From NCBI GenBank assembly GCA_002269645.1, contig NIVC01000945.1, positions 186,001-250,000 of the forward strand: a stretch of 64,000 nucleotides of DNA, in the 5' to 3' direction. The position numbers were made by a program, and so were the translations under genes. This document shows, piece by piece, positions 34,701-44,900 of the stretch. The DNA is from Macrostomum lignano. Lineage: Eukaryota. The notes beneath the pieces were generated by a model. The model did no database searches and had not been told where the DNA came from. It saw nothing but the letters and a program-made list of their open reading frames with translations. Position 1 is the first letter of the stretch. Each line of letters starts with the position of its first letter.

Positions 34701-36278
34701 GTGTCACCTGTTAGACAGGATAGTGTCACCTGTTAGACAGGATAGTGTCACCTGTTAGACAGGATAGTGTCACCTGTTAGACAGGATAGTGTCACCTGTT
34801 AGACAGGATAGTGTCCCCTGTTAGACAGGACAGTGTCACCTGTTAGACAGGATAGTGTCACCTGTTAGACAGGATAGTGTCACCTGTTAGACAGGATAGT
34901 GTCACCTGTTAGACAGGATAGTGTCACCTGTTAGACAGGATAGTGTCACCTGTTAGACAGGATAGTGTCTCCTGTTAGACAGGATAGTGTCACCTGTTAG
35001 ACAGGATAGTGTCACCTGTTAGACAGGATAGTGTCACCTGTTAGACAGGATAGTGTCACCTGTTAGACAGGATAGTGTCACCTGTTAGACAGGATAGTGT
35101 CACCTGTTAGACAGGATAGTGTCACCTGTTAGACAGGATAGTGTCACCTGTTAGACAGGATAGTGTCACCTGTTAGACAGGATAGTGTCACCTGTTAGAC
35201 AGGATAGTGTCACCTGTTAGACAGGATAGTGTCACCGGTTAGACAGGATAGTGTCACCTGTTAGACAGGATAGTGTCACCTGTTAGACAGGACAGTGTCA
35301 CCTGTTACACAGGATAGTGTCACCTGTTAAACAGGATAGTGCCACCTGTTAGACAGGATAGTGTCACCTGTTAGACAGGATAGTGTCACCTGTTAGACAG
35401 GATAGTGTCACCTGTTAGACAGAATAGTGTCACCTGTTAGACAGGATAGTGTCACCTGTTAGACAGGATAGTGTCACCTGTTAGACAGGACAGTGTCTCC
35501 TGTTAGACAGGATAGTGTCACCTGTTAGACAGGATAGTGTCACCTGTTAGACAGGATAGTGTCACCTGTTAGACAGGATAGTGTCACCTTTTAGACAGAA
35601 TAGTGTCACCTGTTAGACAGGACAGTGTCACCTGTTAGACAGAATAGTGTCACCTGTTAGACAGGATAGTGTCACCTGTTAGACAGGATAGTGTCACCTG
35701 TTAGACAGGATAGTGTCACCTTTTAGACAGAATAGTGTCACCTGTTAGACAGGACAGTGTCACCTGTTAGACAGGATAGTGTCACCTGTTAGACAGGATA
35801 GTGTCACCTGTTAGACAGGATAGTGTCACCTGTTAGACAGGATAGTGTCACTTGTTACACAGGTTTAATTTAATTTCTACATTAAAGATTCTGAGAAAAC
35901 ACTTAGGGGTGCACATAACTATTTCTTTCTTATTTTTTCTAGTTAATGAATATTCCTCATATAAATTCTGTTTAGAAAAAAAGTAATATTAAATGAAGCA
36001 GGTGGTGGAACAGCTGACTGCTTCGGGAGTCAGTTTTCATTCCTTAAGCCTGCTTAAGTCTGCTGCACCCGAACAATCGTGTATTGCATAATCCCAGCCG
36101 AGTGGATCAAATGTATGGGACTAACAGGCACGAGTACTACATAGCCAAGCCCCAAGCTCAGAAAGTGTACAAGCCTGCGCCGCTGTACACCATGTGCGAG
36201 GTGTGTTTGAGTGCTTTATCTATGTGGCGTGCTCGGGGTCAGCGGGATGGACTTGACTGCTCGTTGGCTGCTGGGTAG
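22702..36278 (+). CDS. Candidate multi-exon gene of unknown function, first exon not resolved, partly duplicated
   Basis: Phase-compatible GT-AG chain 22702..22833, 23519..23616, 32075..32164 (copy 34329..34418), 32254..32332 (copy 34508..34586), 36059..36200 or to TAG 36278. Peptide ..LSLPKQYLELFANGLRKCLEASIT..EENGICLVGGPDDALTTLSSLPHLLDRSLLHPNNRVLHNPSRVDQMYGTNRHEYYIAKPQAQKVYKPAPLYTMCE. Some donors are weak (gttaag, gtgggg); no family recognised. Confidence 0.4.
23112..23410. repeat. 21-bp minisatellite GAGCTTAGAGTGACAGATACG
   Basis: Visible period. Confidence 0.93.
23940..25000. repeat. Diverged ~450-480-bp tandem units with AAGCCTTGACATCTCAG subrepeats and CCCTAA tracts
   Basis: 23990-24310 aligns by eye with 24435-24750; partial third copy follows. 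Confidence 0.6.
25000..25978. repeat. 22-23-bp minisatellite ATGACGCTTCTATGATTGTTTAC
   Basis: Visible period. Confidence 0.95.
26160..26590 (+). mobile_element. Helentron-associated non-autonomous element (HINE/DINE-1-like), copy A
   Basis: Similar to 30020-30412; ends GAAGAAAATCGG..ACAAAC..TTTTAGTATAT; followed by a CCCCCGTTGGGGG hairpin. Confidence 0.5.
26725..27540. repeat. 17-18-bp minisatellite GATAGCAAGCATCCCCCA
   Basis: Visible period. Confidence 0.95.
27630..29820. repeat. ~23-bp minisatellite TGTTTGACATGGTGGCTCTTTAA, ~95 diverged copies
   Basis: Visible period, heterogeneous units. Confidence 0.95.
30020..30776 (+). mobile_element. HINE-like copy B plus an adjacent related 3' end
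   Basis: Direct-repeat similarity to 26160-26590; second end CAAAATCGG..GGACAAACATAC(AAAC)n..GATTTAGTATAT. Confidence 0.5.
31250..31925. repeat. 32-bp minisatellite ATGTTTCTCACTGATTCATGTGTCTCTCTCAG (second block 33795-34215)
   Basis: Visible period. Confidence 0.95.
32318..33543. repeat. 22-bp minisatellite GTGTCACCTGTTAGACAGGATA, ~55 copies
   Basis: Highly homogeneous; no spacers. Confidence 0.97.
34572..35863. repeat. 22-bp minisatellite GTGTCACCTGTTAGACAGGATA, ~58 copies (duplicate block)
   Basis: Shares variant units with 32318-33543. Confidence 0.97.
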
Positions 36279-37069
36279 TTTACTGTTGCCTTGAGCACTG
36301 GATTTGTGAGTTAATGAGGTCATGCTAAAGTCGCGTGCGTGATTAAAGTAACTGATATGATGCATTTTACAGTAGGTATATTACATTTACGAGCTAGTAG
36401 TAGTAATAGTAGTAGTAGTAGTTATCGTGCATCAGGTTTCACAATAATTTCTTCTGTTTCATAAGCAAAATACTATTTTGTTATAATTATGGAAAAACAA
36501 TAAAGTAATGGGCATGCATAATTCCTACAATTGATATAATAATCAATAATGAAAATTGAAATATTTAGTTTTATTTCGTAGAAAAGCCACATAAACGATA
36601 GTCTTAAATATTTTTATTTATTTGTAAAGCTTTGCAGTACACTTAGAAAAATACATAATTTTAATTTCTACGAAACCAAGTCTTATCTAAAATCTATGCG
36701 AACACGCGAGTCATCTACTCATCGCATTCAGTAGCAAGTAGAGGCTGTGGAGAATATACAAAAACTATGGAAGGAACATTTAAAAGGAACTTGACGCAAA
36801 CATTATTAAAATCTAAAAGTTGTAACAAAGCGCCAGTGTTAAAATTACAAAGCATTTGAACCGTCTGCTTCCAAATGTGACTTTTTTACAACGCACCTCT
36901 TTCTACATTCCTTATGCGTACCTATAACTACAGGTAAAGCTACGTATTCCACAAAAATCGTTTAGCCCGAAAATGCTCTCCTTCCAACTATCTACGATAC
37001 ATAATTGTAGTCTGAACTTCCTGTGTGTGATGCTCCAGTTTGACATTGACTTTAAAATCTACGCGAACA

Positions 37070-37255
37070 ACCTTACGATTGAAAGGTCGGGGTTCGATTA
37101 TTGACCCGCTCGGAACAATTTGTGTCCTTGAGCAAGACACTTAACTCTACATTGCTTCAGTTCACCCAGCTGTAAAATGGGTAATTGAGGGTGTTTTTGG
37201 CGACCCCCAGTACGCAGCTGTTCAGATGGCAGGTGTAATCAATTATTTGTTATTA
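37070..37255 (+). mobile_element. CORE-type (MIR-like) SINE, 5'-worn copy
   Basis: B-box GGTTCGATT, then TGTGTCCTTGAGCAAGACACTTAACTCTACATTGCTTCAGTTCACCCAGCTGTAAAATGGG (37121-37181), matching the MIR CORE pattern. Confidence 0.7.
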
Positions 37256-37480
37256 CATAACTAACCAGTAGTTTACAGCAGTCTACCATAGTCTACCCCA
37301 GTTTACGCTAGTGTACTCCCAGGTTTAATCATGATTTATGTCAGTTTACCCAAGTTTTACCATGGCATACCCTAGTTTAGCTGGCTGAAGTCAGTCTAAC
37401 CCAGGTTTAAGCAAATTTGCTCCCAAGTGACATCCGCGTGTCACTAGGAAAAGTCGCTCCAACGCAATAGCAGTTAGTTG

Positions 37481-38443
37481 TCACAACACCTGGCAATAAG
37501 CTTCTGCTGCAGCATCCGTGGCGGCGACGGCGGCGGCGCCTGCTTCATCTTTTCGTCTCGTCCGACGATAGCCGACAAACTCAGCGACGGGGCAGTCCAG
37601 CGGCGTCAGCTCGATGCAGTCCAAATAGACGCCCTCCTTCAGATGGCTCTTGCTAATCCGGCTGTTGACAATCTGGACTCGGACGCCGCTGCAGCGCGGC
37701 AGGCTCAGGCGGCCGAGTCGAAGGCAGAACCAGCGCTCGAAGCCGTATCTGAAGGCCAGACTGCGCCACTTCCGCTCGGGAATGCGAGCTCGGAGCAGGC
37801 AGTCGAGCCTGGGCGCATCCGGCACCAGCAGCACCTCAGTGACGCCCTGTAGGCGCCAGTGAGCACCGAGTTTCGCCCGCAGAGTCACCTGATAGATGCC
37901 TTTAGGCAGGCCCGGCACGTAGTCGTGAATGCTCAGACGGTTGCCCTCTGATCCGATGCCGGACCTGCCGGAGCCCGCGACAACCGCTGCATTGCGACAG
38001 TTCAAATCGTGCAGGTAGACAACTCGGCCAGAGTAACTGTCTGCTTCTTCAAGCGACGGCAGGTAGGTGCCATTGTTCAAACTCTCCACAGGGATGCAGA
38101 GCTTCCGTTCCAACGCGTGGTTCAAGGATTCGTACAGCGATTCTCTGGAGCTGGATCGCGGTCCAGCCGACGTCCAGAACACCTCGGCGCCGAACAGTCT
38201 GCAGTTCTCCGGGCTGGTCTGGCACAGGCTGAGCAAGTCGTCGCTGCTCAAATGAGAAGAGATCCTACGGAGACACTCGTAGGGTAAGCGGCTGAGGGAA
38301 AACTCGAATTGTTGTTGATCGTCACCTGCTGTTGCCACCTCCAAGCCATCGATTTCGTCTGATCTCGTCGACTGAACTGGAAACTCGTCCAATATTGACA
38401 ACTGTTGAGTACGCTTACTCAATGCTGAGCTGCTGGAGCCCAT
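37481..38443 (-). CDS. Intronless F-box protein with PP2 (phloem protein 2)-like C-terminal domain and N-myristoylation motif, 320 aa
   Basis: First ATG at 38443 gives MGSSSS (G2/S6). F-box LSRLPYECLRRISSHLSSDDLLSLCQTS..AEVFW. PP2-like motifs TYLPSLEEADSYSGRVVYLHDL, LPKGIYQVTLRAKLG, WFCLRLGRL, HLKEGVYLDCIELTP. Uninterrupted ORF with GC-rich codons. F-box is secure; PP2 assignment is by eye. Confidence 0.8.
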   Translation of the reverse strand: MGSSSSALSKRTQQLSILDEFPVQSTRSDEIDGLEVATAGDDQQQFEFSLSRLPYECLRRISSHLSSDDLLSLCQTSPENCRLFGAEVFWTSAGPRSSSRESLYESLNHALERKLCIPVESLNNGTYLPSLEEADSYSGRVVYLHDLNCRNAAVVAGSGRSGIGSEGNRLSIHDYVPGLPKGIYQVTLRAKLGAHWRLQGVTEVLLVPDAPRLDCLLRARIPERKWRSLAFRYGFERWFCLRLGRLSLPRCSGVRVQIVNSRISKSHLKEGVYLDCIELTPLDCPVAEFVGYRRTRRKDEAGAAAVAATDAAAEAYCQVL

Positions 38444-38664
38444 TATTAGGGAGTAGAACTGTGACGCAAACTTGCGTGGTGGTAGACGTGTAATCGACCT
38501 AGACACGGGAGATAGAGAGTTATAATTTATCCCCACCGGGGAGGCGGCGGTGGGGCTGGGCGAGCCCTCTCGTGCAGCCTTCGCGTCCAGTAGAATTCGA
38601 CCGACCAGTTTTGTCGATTCCTTTTTTCAGACACGCGGAAGAACACCAAACTTCCTGCTTGGGG

Positions 38665-38694
38665 CTAACCCTAACCCTAACCCTAACCCTAACC
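38665..38694. repeat. Interstitial telomeric repeat (CTAACC)x5
   Basis: Reads as TTAGGG-type repeat on the minus strand, ~220 bp upstream of the F-box ATG. Confidence 0.85.
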
Positions 38695-40189
38695 GTAGGC
38701 CTGCGCCAGAAGAAGCCGGGCTACAATGATCCGTTTTCTAAAATCCATCCCGAGACCATGCAACGCGCTTTGGGATCTGCGACTAATAAAAGTGCAAAAC
38801 TCCTGCCCCACTCCCACCAGCGGATTTGGACGCACAAGCAGAGATATACCCGCAGTAGAATTTGTGTTCCTCTAATTCCTTCAACCCCAATCGCCTCGGA
38901 CAAGCCCCTGGATTTCTGACCCCGCGTACCCCACAGCGCCCTTCTCCCAACCCAACGGCCGTTCAAGCAAACGCAATCCCGGAAGTATAAAAAGCAACGC
39001 ACTCGGCTTGCATGGCCTTTTTGGGTTCCTCGGCTTCAGCCGGTAGGTCGGTTAAGAAATCTCTTCGAATGAGGCCCAGAATGGAGGGTGAGGGGGGTTA
39101 GGCAGGGGCTTATCGAGGGCGATGGTGGTCTAAAAATAGATTTTCCACTTTAGGCTGGTAGGAACTTGGCGATTAAACGGATCGAGTGTGTATTGGGAAT
39201 ATTTATTATCATTTGCAGTACACATACTGCCCTATCCAAATGAGAGCTCCTGGAGCTCTCATGAACATCTGGATAGGAAAATCAAGGACGCCCTGTCCAA
39301 AGCCCACCCAGACAATCAGCTTTCGGAGAGACAGATCTACCCACTAATCCGGCAGGTGAAAGACGGATTTGATACGGAAAAACAGCGACAGTTCAACCGC
39401 TTGGTCAGCAAAAGACCAAGTGACCGGTAGAGACAATTGCTACTGTTCAGGAATTATAGCAACAGACTTCAGCCTTTCTGTCTGCACTTTTTCACTTAAT
39501 CCTTCGGCTTGAGCAGCAATGGTTTTCCATTGGGACAATGTGCGGAGTTTCTGGAAAGATATTTAATCCAGGTAACTTCTTCATCGACTTTACACCCAGC
39601 TTGGTGGCAACTCAAGTCAGGAACAAGTGCGGGAACGGGATGCAATAGGTCTCCCAGCAGACGCCTTTGTCCTGGCCTTCAGGTGGTGGATAGATTGTGT
39701 TAGATCGAACTCATCGGCTACGAGTAGAAGTGTGAAAATATAAAGGAAAGAAGCTTCAGGAAAGAGTTGAAACTGGTAGCTGCAGAAACGGTGTCCCTCC
39801 CCGGATCACAAGGAGCAGTATTCCACGACTCCGGTGGCCTGGGTTGCTGGCTAAAAATAGGCCAACTACTGACTGCACTTTAGGACGCGTCAGAGAAAAG
39901 CCTGCACAGACTTCGACTGGAGAGGAGTGGCGGGATGCGAAGGAAACTTTCTAAGGTCCCTTCTGCGGCGATCTCGCTCGCCTTTTTTACAATGCTTTCG
40001 CTCGCTCCGATCCTCTTCCTAAGTTTCTAGCAGGATAATTGGTCATTCATGGACAATCCAGGGCAAACTGCATTGCTACCGCTGTGCAGCCTCTGACGTC
40101 AGCAGAATTTTGTCCTGCGAATGCACTTTAATAGCCAAGAGAATTCGGGGATTGTCACTTTCCCGGAACACTTAGCTGTCGTTCCGGCT

Positions 40190-40314
40190 GTCTCGGTGTC
40201 CGTCTTTTGTGTCTCAGTGTCTGTCTTTTGTGTCTCAGTGTCTGTCTTATGTGTCTCAGTGTATGTCTTAGTGTCTCAGTATCCGTCTTTTGTGTCTCAG
40301 TGTATGTCTATCAA

Positions 40315-40361
<47 letters not shown>

Positions 40362-40500
40362 GCTTGTCTGCCTGTGTCTGTCTATCTTAGTGTCTATTTT
40401 TCTGTCTGTCTGTCTGTTGTCTGTCTAAGTGTGTTTGTCTGTCTGTATGTTCGTTGTTCGTAAGTATGTCTGTCTGTCTGTCTGTCTGCCTGTTTGTGTG
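40190..40500. repeat. (TGTC)n and 21-bp related repeats
   Basis: Visible. Confidence 0.9.
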
Positions 40501-40899
40501 TCTTACTGCCACAGTGACTGTATGTTACAAATCTAAGAAGACAAAGTGACAAATCCCGCTAATAAAAAAGCAAGCAATAAAAAGCCAAAGTCTGGCTGAA
40601 ATTATCCAACGGTAGCTGGAGCTACATCAAGGCTCTCCGGGCAAGAATTACTAATCTAATTTATGCTAATGCACTTCGCCGGGAATTCCCAATGGTGAAA
40701 TGAACTTCTGTGGCCAACTCCAGAAGCCGGGGCTTCATACCTGATTAACGGGTTAGTTGATTTTCTTGCTGGCTGCTGAGTTTTTATGCTCTGCGACTTT
40801 TTTTACAGCTTAGGGACGCTTTTGGTAAAAGCATTGCTCCAACTCCCTAATTGACTTCTCGTTTTTACACTTAATCTCTAATCTCTATTCTTTTCTCAT

Positions 40900-41297
40900 G
40901 GCACAAAGTCTCTAATCTCTCTTTAAATCCCTTGAATAACATATAGAATCTCTAATCTCTCTTGTCACGTGTCACTAAATCTTAAATCTCTCTCTTCTTG
41001 TGTCACTGGATCTCTAATCTCTCTCTTATTGTGTCACTGGATCTCTAATCTCTCTCTTATTGTGTCATTGAATCTCGAATCTCTCTCTTATTGTGTCACT
41101 GAATCTCTAATCTCTCTCTTATTGTGTCACTGAATCTCGAATCTCTCTCTTATTGTGTCACTGAATCTCTAATCTCTCTCTTATTGTGTCATTGAATCTC
41201 TAATCTCTCTCTTATTGTGCCATTGAATCTCTAATCTCTCTCTTATTGTGTCATTGAATCTCTAATCTCTGTTCTTGTGTCACTGAATCTAATCTCT
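40900..41297. repeat. 31-bp minisatellite TGAATCTCTAATCTCTCTCTTATTGTGTCAC
   Basis: Visible period. Confidence 0.93.
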
Positions 41298-41596
41298 GAC
41301 TTTACGATCATATTTACTAGCACACTCAGAACTTATTGCTGATGACATAGGAATAAATAAGCATAGATGATTATAAACATTTTATGATTTATTGATAGAC
41401 CAGCAGCTTAAACAAATTAGTCAATAATTATAGGCATCGTAGGGTGTGGGCACAAGAATTATTAATAACACGAGTCCGGTTAAGACACAGCTAACGTGTT
41501 GGCTAAATATATGCAGTGAAAAAAACTAAGCAACAACCGCTTATTCCAACTTGCCAGTCAAACAGCATAGGAGGGCGCGGCGAGAGAGAGACTTGT

Positions 41597-41911
41597 TTAG
41601 CGTTGCTTTCCAGGAAACTGACGCCTCTGGCACAGGTGCTGTTTCTGCCGGTCCTGCAGCGCCTCATCAGCCATGTACTGTTGACACCTGCTGTTGGAAT
41701 TTTCCTCAGCTACTTTAAATGTTTTCACCGACGGTCGAGAGTGCGACACCGGACTGCTGCTGGATTCTTGGTTCACGGATCGGAGATTGCCGTGCCGGGA
41801 CAGCAGGGGTTTGTAGGCCTCAGCTGCCTGGCTTGATGAGGCCGCCGCTGGCTTGTTGGCGAACGGCGGCAGGCAGAACACATTCGAACGGAGTGTCAGC
41901 TCCGACATGAC
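41597..41911 (-). CDS. Probable RhoGEF terminal exon
   Basis: gacag|GTC; VMSELTLRSNVFCLPPF..QFPGKQR*; phase 0 matches the donor at 46210. Confidence 0.55.
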   Translation of the reverse strand, partial: VMSELTLRSNVFCLPPFANKPAAASSSQAAEAYKPLLSRHGNLRSVNQESSSSPVSHSRPSVKTFKVAEENSNSRCQQYMADEALQDRQKQHLCQRRQFPGKQR

Positions 41912-44900
41912 CTGTCTGGGCTGAGGATGTGTCAACCTGTGTCACTAATTAGACTGCCTCTCTGTGTCTCAGACAGGTGTGTCAGCAATCAGAGATCGTC
42001 TCTCTATGTCAGACAGGTGTGTCAGCAACCAGAGATCGTCTCTCTATGTCAGACAGGTGTGTCAGCAATCAGAGATCGTCTCTCTATGTCAGACAGGTGT
42101 GTCAGCAACCAGAGATCGTCTCTCTATGTCAGACAGGTGTGTCAGCAATCAGAGATCGTCTCTCTATGTCAGACAGGTGTGTCAGCAACCAGAGATCGTC
42201 TCTCTATGTCAGACAGGTGTGTCAGCAATCAGAGAGATGGTTTCTCTATGTCAGACAGGTGTGTCAGCAATCAGAGATCGTCTCTCTGTGTCGTCAGACA
42301 GGTGTCAGCAATCGTGTTTGTGTCAGACGTGTGCAATACGCCAAGATGCCAAATACAATAACATACTTACAGTTAATAAAGTCAAATGAACGGCGAAAAT
42401 GATTGCACAAAAGCAACGCTGGCTTTCTTTAAGCAATGATGTTTATGTAAATTTTCTACACCGATACCGGCAATATATACTTTTTTAGTCTCACGATCCA
42501 TCGACCACCGCATTCTCATCTTTTGTAAGAAAGAAAATTAGCTACGAAAAAAGTAATTTGTGGAATTTTTTGCGTAGAAAAGTTGTATTAATTGCACCAG
42601 TAAATTGGCCAGATGAGGCGGCTGCTTTCCACTTCTGTAAATAATTAAGTTGAGAATGGCCTGCGCATTTAAAAATCAACTTTTTACGATAGCACTCGAT
42701 TTCCCATGGTAAATTACAATACTTCTCTATTCAGCTTTGGTTTAAGGGCGATTATCATGGTAGATGCAATTCTCAGGGTGGGTTAGTGGCGATTCTCAGG
42801 GTGGATAAGGGGTGATTCTCAGGGTGGATTAGTGGCGATTCTCAGGGTGGATAAGGGGTGATTCTCAGTGTGGATTAGGGGCGATTCTTAGGCTATTTTG
42901 GTGGCGATTCTCAGGTGGATTAGGGGCGATTCTTAGGCTATTTTGGTGGCGATTCTCAGGTGGATTAGGGGCGATTCTTAGGCTATTTTGGTGGCGATTC
43001 TCAGGTGGATTAGGGGCGATTCTTAGGCTATTTTGGTGGCGATTCTCAGGTGGATTAGGGGCGATTTTCAGGGTGGTTTAGTGGCGATTTTTAAGGTGGA
43101 TTAGGGGCGATTCTTAGGATGGATTAGGGGCGCTTTTCAAGGTGGATTAGGGCGATTCTCAGGGTGGATTAGGGGCGATTTTTAGGCGGATTAGTGGCGA
43201 TATTCTGTGTGGCTCAGCAGAGTCGGATAACAATGCACAGTTGCGCTCTGTTCCAGCAATTACTATGAAAGCAGCTCTCCTAATTGGCCTCATCTGCGCA
43301 TAAAATTTTGTCCATTTTCTGGAGCTTCAAATCGAGTAGAGTTTACAAATTGAAAGACACGCGTAGTTCATTCGTAGAAAGTAATTAGCCAACTGGAAAA
43401 AAATACTGCATACAGATAGGTAATGAATGATGCAATTCATTACCTGATTTTTAATTTTGCAGTTTCAACTCTGCAGCTATAGGATAATTTGCTCTATAAG
43501 ACATGGCCTACAAGAAATTGAGGCGAACAGTTAAACAAAAAATCAATTGATAAATAACCAGACTGAAGTTAATGCCAACAATATATATATTTATATTTAT
43601 ACTCATACGTATGCATGTATAAACAATATTAAATAGCAACAGCATATTAAGCAATGGCGGGAGCTTAAAAACAAATTGATACAATAAACGAACAAGAACA
43701 AGTTTACTTATCTTACTACTAACTTGAATAGTAGAGTGTAGCAGGCGCATTTGAAGAGGGCAGCAAGACAGGAAGGAAGGAAGGAAGGAAGCAATCGAAG
43801 CGGAGAGAATATTGAGTTGCCAACAAGATGAAAGACGCGACAATCAATTGTGCGAATGTATCGATATTATCGCTTAGTAATCTTTCAAAATATTCTACTC
43901 GTATTTAATCGCTTCAACTTGGCGAGGCAGTTGAATTGCAATTCAATTTCCAGATGTTGTTTTGTTACAATGTTTGAAAATTACTTTCAATGTGCGCATT
44001 GCACTACTATTCAATACGAATTTAAGTAGAACATTTGGGATATTAAATAAATTTATTACTAAGAGTTCAATTACGGAACAATCAATTTAAATTTCAGCGC
44101 AATGCAGAGCGAGTAGTTGACTGGGCATTTGTTAAAATCAGAAAACAATTGGCCACAAAAAATCAATGATGATGATGTGAAATTGAGGTGTGAATCGTAC
44201 GTTAAATATGTAGTATTGACTTATTCAGGATATCTGTGCTTCTGATATGTTTATGTATATATATATTAGATAAGAGAGAAAAAACACAAATTTAGGCAGC
44301 TTAGGTAAAGGTACACGCAGGAGCAAGTCACACAAAATGCCTGTGAAAATATCCTAGGCAAATATTACCTATGCATATACAGTATTAGCATTAAGTATCA
44401 TATACAAGTACACATTACACCTTTAATTAAATTTCATTGGTACTTGTATTGGCTTACACAGTAGACTGTGGACTTTTAAGGCCGAAAGATTACAGTGAAA
44501 AATGAGCACAAGAAGATTTAAAATTAGTAATAAACTGTTAATGGATAGAAATGGGGTGGTGAGTTTTGGTGGGGTGGTGGTTTAGAGTGGGGTAGTGGGT
44601 TGGATTGGGGTGCTAGGTTAATAATAATAATAATGAATAATTGATTAGACCTACTACTAAGGGCAGATGTGCAACCGACAGCTCAGCCGCAGCTATTGCG
44701 CGGCGCATCTGAAGGCTGCGTACGGCTGTTCAGTCCAATGACTGGGGAGGGGGGGGGCCTACACAGCCTCAATTACCCCAGCTTATGCTGGCACCCATTT
44801 TACAGCTGGGTGAACTGAAGCAATGCAGAGTTACAGCGTCTTGCTCAAGGACACAAATTGTTTCAGTGGGATCGGGAATCGAACCCCCGACCTCCAAGTC

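Larger units (their letters stand above)
31870..36108 (+). repeat. ~2.3-kb tandem segmental duplication
   Basis: Unique blocks 31920-32330 / 34200-34585 (offset ~2254) and 33544-33788 / 35864-36108 (offset 2320) are near-identical. Confidence 0.9.

Noticed and set aside
32318-35863. 22-bp palindromic repeats as a CRISPR array
   Set aside because: Units are directly adjacent with no unique spacers, there are no cas genes, and the context is eukaryotic.
38444-38536. GTG-initiated N-terminal extension of the F-box ORF
   Set aside because: Eukaryotic context; the first ATG at 38443 gives a proper MGxxxS start.
39188-40100. Penelope-like N-terminal ORF remnant
   Set aside because: Only vague similarity (FDTEKQRQFNRLV); no RT or GIY-YIG motifs seen.
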